Source: Dehalococcoidia bacterium
GTDB lineage: Bacteria; Chloroflexota; Dehalococcoidia; Lucifugimonadales; SAR202-VII-2
Reading direction: 5' to 3'
Assembly: GCA_965226745.1 (NCBI GenBank)
Contig: CBDDDS010000001.1
Location: forward strand, 37,536-101,535
Length of the DNA: 64,000 bases
Shown here: positions 58,957 to 64,000 of the stretch, piece after piece
Numbering within the stretch: the first letter of the stretch is position 1
How the letters are laid out: every line of letters begins with the position of its first letter
Notes under the pieces: generated by a model
What the model saw: only the letters and a program-made list of their open reading frames with translations
Databases searched by the model: none
Told to the model about the DNA's origin: nothing
Translations under genes and position numbers: made by a program

Positions 58957-59925
58957 TCAGTCCGGCATTGCCAGGGCCCGCCTCGGGTTCTCCACCATGA
59001 TCGTCCGAATCACGTGCTCCCCCACCCCCTCCGTCCGCAGCATGGGCAGAAACTCGCTGAGCAGTTGGTCCGCAGTGAACCGTTGCCCGCCGCCGCCCGA
59101 AAGGAAGTGCATGATGCGGTCCGTGGCGAAGATCATCTGCCGCTCGTACCCGTGCTCCAACAAATTCATGATCCAAGGGAGCCGCATCTCGTTGGCAAAG
59201 GCGTAGGGAGCGCCCACCTCGTCGCAAATATGATCGAAGGCCACATAGGCTCCCGCCTTGGCGACCTCTAGGTGATAGTCGGTCAGGCGCGTTGCATCAC
59301 AGTGCCCAATGATCACTCGGCTCGGCTCCACCCCCTCCTCCTCGATGAGTACCTTCAGGTGCTCCCGGCCGGAAATCAGCCCAACGGGGCTCGGAAGGTG
59401 GCTTGAGATGTGGGTCGTAATCGCCGCGCCGGTGCGCTTGCTGGCGCGGGCCGCGGCCCGGAACAACCCCTCTTCCATCGGCGTCATGTGCTCACCCTTG
59501 GTGCCGATCTTGATAATGCCGGCCAACACGTTGGTGGCGCCCATGCCCACCGTCAGCTCCCTTACGAAAATCTCCTCCAGGTCCTCCGAGCTCTTCTGTG
59601 GCGGGTGGAAATGCGGCGGCATCCCGCGCTCGCTCCAGAAGCCGGTGCAGGCCAGCAGCCGCAGGCCGGACGCCATGCTCGCCCGCACTAGGAAATCCAC
59701 GTCGCGCCCGGAAGCAATGGGCGTCAGATCGACCAGCAGGCTGGCCCCCGCCTCCTTCAGATCGCGAAGCTCCTTCACCACACCGTTGAACACGGCTTCC
59801 CGGTCGAACGCCATCGCTGGGTCCAGGTCCCATCCGGGAAACCCGAACAGCACATGCTCGTGCATGAAAGCGACGCCCAGGGACTCGGGCGCCATCGCCC
59901 CCGTCACCGTCTGTATCTTCGGCAT
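58957..59925 (-). CDS. Phosphotriesterase-related protein
   Basis: MHEH, GRDV, GIIKIG, ITTH, IGHCD, AFDH. Confidence 0.9.
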   Translation of the reverse strand: MPKIQTVTGAMAPESLGVAFMHEHVLFGFPGWDLDPAMAFDREAVFNGVVKELRDLKEAGASLLVDLTPIASGRDVDFLVRASMASGLRLLACTGFWSERGMPPHFHPPQKSSEDLEEIFVRELTVGMGATNVLAGIIKIGTKGEHMTPMEEGLFRAAARASKRTGAAITTHISSHLPSPVGLISGREHLKVLIEEEGVEPSRVIIGHCDATRLTDYHLEVAKAGAYVAFDHICDEVGAPYAFANEMRLPWIMNLLEHGYERQMIFATDRIMHFLSGGGGQRFTADQLLSEFLPMLRTEGVGEHVIRTIMVENPRRALAMPD

Positions 59926-59952
59926 AGGTACTCCTGCTGCTTGGACTCGGTG

Positions 59953-60918
59953 CTAGGCTGGGTGCACGGGAACCTGCGCCAACTCCTCGGAGAAATCGGC
60001 GAGCCCTTCGGCCAAATCGACGAACTGGGGGTTGTAGCCGAGCTCGCCGCGGGAGCGGCTGAGGTCCAGAGGCTGGTCGCGGTGCGTGACCTGCATGGCC
60101 CCCTGCGCCTCCTCCACCTGGACCTCAACAGACGGGAATACCCCCTTGAAGGCATCAGCGATGTCGACAGGCGTCAGAAGAACGCCCGTCCCAAGGTTGA
60201 ACGTCTGGTTCTTTCCCCGTTGCTCGGCTGCCAGGGCCACGCCCTGGACGGCGTCCTTGACGTAAACGTACTCCGTCAGGTCGGTGAGGCGCCGGGGATC
60301 CACGCGGACGACGCCGCCCTCCCTGGCAACCTCAACAAGCTCGTGTATCGCCGAGGCGCCCGCCCCACCCCCGGCTCCACCGGCGTAATGGCCCGGCCCG
60401 TAGACGTTGGCGAACCGCGTCACGGCTGTCGGGATGTCATACCTGTTCCCATACGCCCGCATGATCCGCTCGGCCGCCACCTTGCTCCCCGAGTAGAGCA
60501 CGTTGCCCGCCAGCGGAAAGTCCTCTGTCACCGGCGCCGTGGGTGGCAGCGTCCAGTGATAGACGCCGAAGGTGCTGGTGTACACCAGCCGCTCGACACC
60601 CGTGAGGCGCGCCGCCTCGGCAACGCTGATGGTCCCGCCGACGTTGATAGACATGCCCCGGTAGGGCTGGTCTTCGAGCTTCTGCCCCATTAGCGCCACC
60701 GTGTGCACCACCACGTTGACCTCGTACCGCTGCATGGCCTCTACAAGGGCCGGCAGCTCCCGCACGTCCCCCTCAACGACGGGAACGTCTCCTGCCACCC
60801 AACTGATGTAGTCGCGAAACGGCGCCACCTCATACAGCACGGGCTGATGCCCACGCTGCAACAATTCACGGGCCAGGTAGCAGCCAATCAGCCCCGCGCC
60901 GGTTATCAGAACGTTCAT
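59953..60918 (-). CDS. NAD-dependent epimerase/dehydratase (extended SDR)
   Basis: ITGAGLIG, YSGSK, RFANVYGPG, YVKD. Confidence 0.9.
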   Translation of the reverse strand: MNVLITGAGLIGCYLARELLQRGHQPVLYEVAPFRDYISWVAGDVPVVEGDVRELPALVEAMQRYEVNVVVHTVALMGQKLEDQPYRGMSINVGGTISVAEAARLTGVERLVYTSTFGVYHWTLPPTAPVTEDFPLAGNVLYSGSKVAAERIMRAYGNRYDIPTAVTRFANVYGPGHYAGGAGGGAGASAIHELVEVAREGGVVRVDPRRLTDLTEYVYVKDAVQGVALAAEQRGKNQTFNLGTGVLLTPVDIADAFKGVFPSVEVQVEEAQGAMQVTHRDQPLDLSRSRGELGYNPQFVDLAEGLADFSEELAQVPVHPA

Positions 60919-61145
60919 AGCATCCTCCGTTCGCCTTCCTGGACTTCGCCTTCTTGGGAATCCAGGCCACCGTCGCGCCGAATCTAACCCCATTGAAGCC
61001 GCGGGTCAACAGCCCATCCCGCCCCCAGCTGCCGGGCCTCCCCCCACCCCTGTGAGGGCGCGAGGGCCGCGATTCGGGCTCGCCGCAGTCCGGCGGCGCG
61101 GCGTCCTGCCAGGCCCGCGTTCTCTCCATACCCCTAGCGCGCAAC

Positions 61146-62218
61146 TGTTCTCGTTCAGATAGATCAGTGACACTGGGTTACAGTGTCAGCCATGCGAATT
61201 GTGAACGGGAACGTGCCCCATGCACGCAGGTTAGCCCACACCGGCGCAGCCCTGAGCAGAGCGGCCCGCGTCCGACTGGCGTGGATGGACTACTACCACT
61301 CCCACGGCCAGAACGCCGCCCTCACCTGCCGGCACTTCGGCATTAGCCAGCAGACCTTCTACCGCTGGAAACGCCGTTACGACCCCGACCGGCTCGCCAG
61401 CCTGGAAGCACGCGGGCGGCGGCCCCGCCGGCTACGCCAGCCCACCTGGGGACGGGAGCTCGCCCTCGCAGTGCTCCACGTCCGGGAGCAGTACCCCCGG
61501 TGGGGCAAGGACAAGCTTGCCGTGATGCTCCGCCGCGCGGGCTGGTCCGTCTCCACCTCGATGGTGGGGCGCATCCTCGCCCGGCTGAAGGCCCGCGGCG
61601 TCCTGCGGGAGGCGCCCCTGGCGACCATCTCCACCCGCAAGTGGGCGTTCCGGCGGCCCTATGCGGTCCGCAAGCCGAAAGGATATACCGTGGACCAGCC
61701 CGGCGACCTCGTCCAGGTGGACACCCTGGACGTGCGCCCCCTGCCCGGCGTCGTGCTCAAACACTTCACCGCCCGCGACATCGTCTCCCGCTGGGACGTG
61801 CTGGAAGCCCGCACCCGCGCTACAGCCACCACCGCCGCGGGCTTCCTCGACCGGCTCGTGGCCCGCATGCCCTTCCCCGTCCGCGCCATCCAGGTGGACG
61901 GCGGCTCCGAGTTCCAGGCCGCCTTCGAGGACGCCTGCCAGGCACGCGGCATCCGCCTCTTCGTCTTGCCCCGCGCTCGCCCAAGCTGAACGGCTGCGTC
62001 GAGCGCGCCCAGCGCACCCACACGGAGGAGTTCTATGAGGTCACCCCCTTCTCCTTGGAGATCGCCGCCCTGAACCGCGAGCTCCTGGCCTGGGAGCGCA
62101 CCTACAACACTGTCCGGCCGCACCAGGCCCTCGGCTATCTCACCCCTGCCCAGTTCCTCACCCGATGGACAGCTCAGCAGAAGGAGGCCCAGTGTCACTA
62201 ATGTACTGAACGAGTACA
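61146..62218 (+). mobile_element. IS481-family insertion sequence
   Basis: TIRs TGTTCTCGTTCAG...AGTGACAC and GTGTCACT...CTGAACGAGTACA; GCAAC direct repeat on both flanks. Confidence 0.88.
61192..62201 (+). pseudogene. IS481-type DDE transposase with a 1-bp frameshift
   Basis: HTH (CRHFGIS..TFYRW), VQVDT, QVDGGSEF, then frameshift at ~61970 before RSPKLNGCVER...RPHQAL. Confidence 0.85.
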
Positions 62219-62318
62219 GCAACTCGACGCCCGCTCCCCTTTCGGGCTACCATCGTAGGCGCGGCATCGGGGTCCCGGGCCATCCACGCCCCGCCATAGG
62301 GGCACCTGTAAGGAATAC

Positions 62319-63515
62319 GTGGGCAGTTCCAAGCTAACCGCCATCCTCCAGGTCTTCCTCCCGTCGACGCTCATGAGCTTCGGCCTCGGGATCATTGTCC
62401 CCGCCATCCCCGACATGGCCAAGCAGTTCAACGTCTCGGAAGGTTTGGCGGCGCAGGTTATCACAGCGCAGGGCGTGGGTAGAGTCCTGGCCCTCATGCC
62501 CGCAGGCATCCTCGTCGACCGCGTCGGTAGGCGGGCCACCATGGTCACCGGCAGCGGCGTCGTTGCCCTGGGAGGCTTGATCGCCGCCACCACCGACAGC
62601 TTCCTCATCCTCCTCCTCACCCAGTTCCTCTGGGGCGTCGGAAACAACATCTACATGGTGGGCCGGGAGGTCGCCGCAGCCGACCTCATCCAACCTCATC
62701 AGCGGGGCCGCTTCCTCAGCATCCTCTTCGGCCTGCACTCCGCAGGCATGGCTTTCGGACCCGTGATCGGCGGCATCCTCACAGACCAGTCCGGGCTGGA
62801 CATCCTGTTCTTGGTCTACGGCGGGGCCGGATTGATCGCCATGCTGCTGGCCCTCCCCATGAAGGACACCCGGCAGCAGACCCCCATCGCCGTCAAGGCA
62901 TCCTTCCTCGGCTTCGGCAGGCTAAGCGAGATCCACCCCTATTTCCGGCTCACCTACGTCATCCTGATGGTCATGGCCGTCAGCGCCATCATGCGCATGA
63001 CCGTGGTCAACAGTATGCTCCCCCTGCACGGCGACGAGTTGGGTTACTCCGCAACCAAGGTGGGCTCCATCTTCGGCGTCTTCTCCGTTGTCAGTCTCCT
63101 GGTCATGTTCCCCGGCGGCCTCCTCTCCGACAAAATTGGACGCAAGGCCGCTGTCGTTCCCGCAGCCCTCATATCGGCCGCCGTGTTTGCTGCGATGCCG
63201 TTCACCACGTCCTTGAGCCAAATAGTGGCGCTTGTCATATTCATGGGTGTGGCCAACGGCATGTCTCTGGGCTCCCTGACGTCCTACACCTACGACATCG
63301 CACCCGAAGGCGGAAAAGGCCGGTTCCAGGCCCAGCGGCGCCTGTTTGGAGAGATGGGTGGCTTCGCCAGCCCCGTGATTGCCGGCGCTCTCCTGGCCTT
63401 CGTCAGCCCCGGCATGACCTTCGCATTCTTCGCCCCCGTCCACCTGGCCGCCGGCGTTCTCGTCTTCTTCCTGGCCAAGGAATCGGCCGGGTCCCGCAGA
63501 AGGATCCCCGTATAG
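62319..63515 (+). CDS. MFS transporter
   Basis: GILVDRVGRR and GLLSDKIGRK motif A; ~12 TM. Confidence 0.93.
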   Translation: MGSSKLTAILQVFLPSTLMSFGLGIIVPAIPDMAKQFNVSEGLAAQVITAQGVGRVLALMPAGILVDRVGRRATMVTGSGVVALGGLIAATTDSFLILLLTQFLWGVGNNIYMVGREVAAADLIQPHQRGRFLSILFGLHSAGMAFGPVIGGILTDQSGLDILFLVYGGAGLIAMLLALPMKDTRQQTPIAVKASFLGFGRLSEIHPYFRLTYVILMVMAVSAIMRMTVVNSMLPLHGDELGYSATKVGSIFGVFSVVSLLVMFPGGLLSDKIGRKAAVVPAALISAAVFAAMPFTTSLSQIVALVIFMGVANGMSLGSLTSYTYDIAPEGGKGRFQAQRRLFGEMGGFASPVIAGALLAFVSPGMTFAFFAPVHLAAGVLVFFLAKESAGSRRRIPV

Positions 63516-63634
63516 ATTATGTCTCGGAAGTCCCCTCTCCCCTTTGTGAGACCTTTGCAAAACCCGGGCCGTGGAACGGCGCGGCCCTTACTGTGCAACT
63601 AGGGGATCTCTGAACAAGCCCCCACCCCCCCTAC

Positions 63635-63663
63635 TTGCAAAATGAGAACTATTGTGCTATAGT
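63635..63663 (+). promoter_or_regulatory. sigma70 promoter with LexA-like box in the spacer (element copy 2)
   Basis: TTGCAA-17-TATAGT with extended -10 TG; AGAAC-TATT-GTGCT at 63645-63658. Confidence 0.6.
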
Positions 63664-63737
63664 ATCGTCATGATCCCAGAGAGTCTCCAAGAAGCGGGCC
63701 GCTGCCCCACTCCTTTCCTAGCGCCGGGATACGGTTA

Positions 63738-63792
63738 CGCGACGGCTACGCGACGCCTCCGCGACAGCTACGCGACACCTCCGCGACGGCTC
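63738..63792. repeat. Tandem array of 5 x 11-bp CGCGAC-N5 units
   Basis: Tails GGCTA, GCCTC, AGCTA, ACCTC, GGCTC. Confidence 0.92.
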
Positions 63793-63964
63793 CGTGCCTG
63801 CACGACTCAAGTTCCGGCTGACAAACGTAGCAAACATACAATCAAAGGCCACACCTTCCCCCCTCGGGGGAACACTCCCGTCACTGCTCCCCTACGCTGG
63901 GGAAGGTTAGAATGGGGGTCCCCCTACCCTGCCCTGTGCTACAATGGAAGCGGAGACGACATGC

Positions 63965-64000
63965 GGGGACGCGCGGTTTCGACAGGGGGTCGCTCTCCTG
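63965..64000 (+). ncRNA. ssrA: tmRNA 5' end (truncated by window edge)
   Basis: GGGGAC-GCGCGG-TTTCGAC-AGGGG is the canonical tmRNA 5' pattern; TG-C-TACAAT promoter at 63937-63945. Confidence 0.8.

Larger units (their letters stand above)
63548..63912 (+). mobile_element. MITE-like dispersed element, copy 2 (left end only)
   Basis: GAGACCTTTGCAAAACCCGG..., colinear with 8867-~9308; no right TIR seen. Confidence 0.65.

Noticed and set aside
61960-61990. Programmed ribosomal frameshift in the transposase
   Set aside because: No slippery heptamer, the break lies inside the catalytic core, and IS481 transposases are single-ORF

Overview
GC-rich bacterial chromosome segment, inferred to be Chloroflexota (Dehalococcoidia/SAR202-like). 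The inference rests on an LLM oxidoreductase, several amidohydrolase paralogues, a dcw cluster without peptidoglycan genes and FN3/Calx-beta/cadherin surface proteins. Positions 1-35.4 kb are mostly core genes: dtxR-like regulator, FTR catalytic subunit, priA, rplS, trmD, mog, mraZ-rsmH-ftsA-ftsZ, pdxA, nrdR-nrdJ, proC-yggT and an 11-gene Mrp/Mnh antiporter operon, with a small catabolic block between trmD and rplS. tRNA-Arg(CCG) at 35396-35470 is followed by a decayed island containing a serine-recombinase remnant, a giant interrupted S8-protease/adhesin gene with a candidate trans-acting prodomain lipoprotein, and several gene fragments. After it come addAB, hydrolases, an IS481-family element, an MFS transporter and the 5' end of tmRNA. 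The most unusual observation is a dispersed non-coding element present twice (8867-9396 and 63548-~63912). It has IS-like terminal repeats, a strong sigma70 promoter with a LexA-type box in the spacer, conserved hairpins and a variable-number array of 11-bp CGCGAC-N5 units (12 versus 5 copies). Other leads are a terminator/antiterminator leader before a Ca/Na antiporter, a ~200-nt structured RNA candidate between rsmH and ftsA, and small ORFs missed by the ORF track. All family assignments come from motif recognition by eye; no searches were run.
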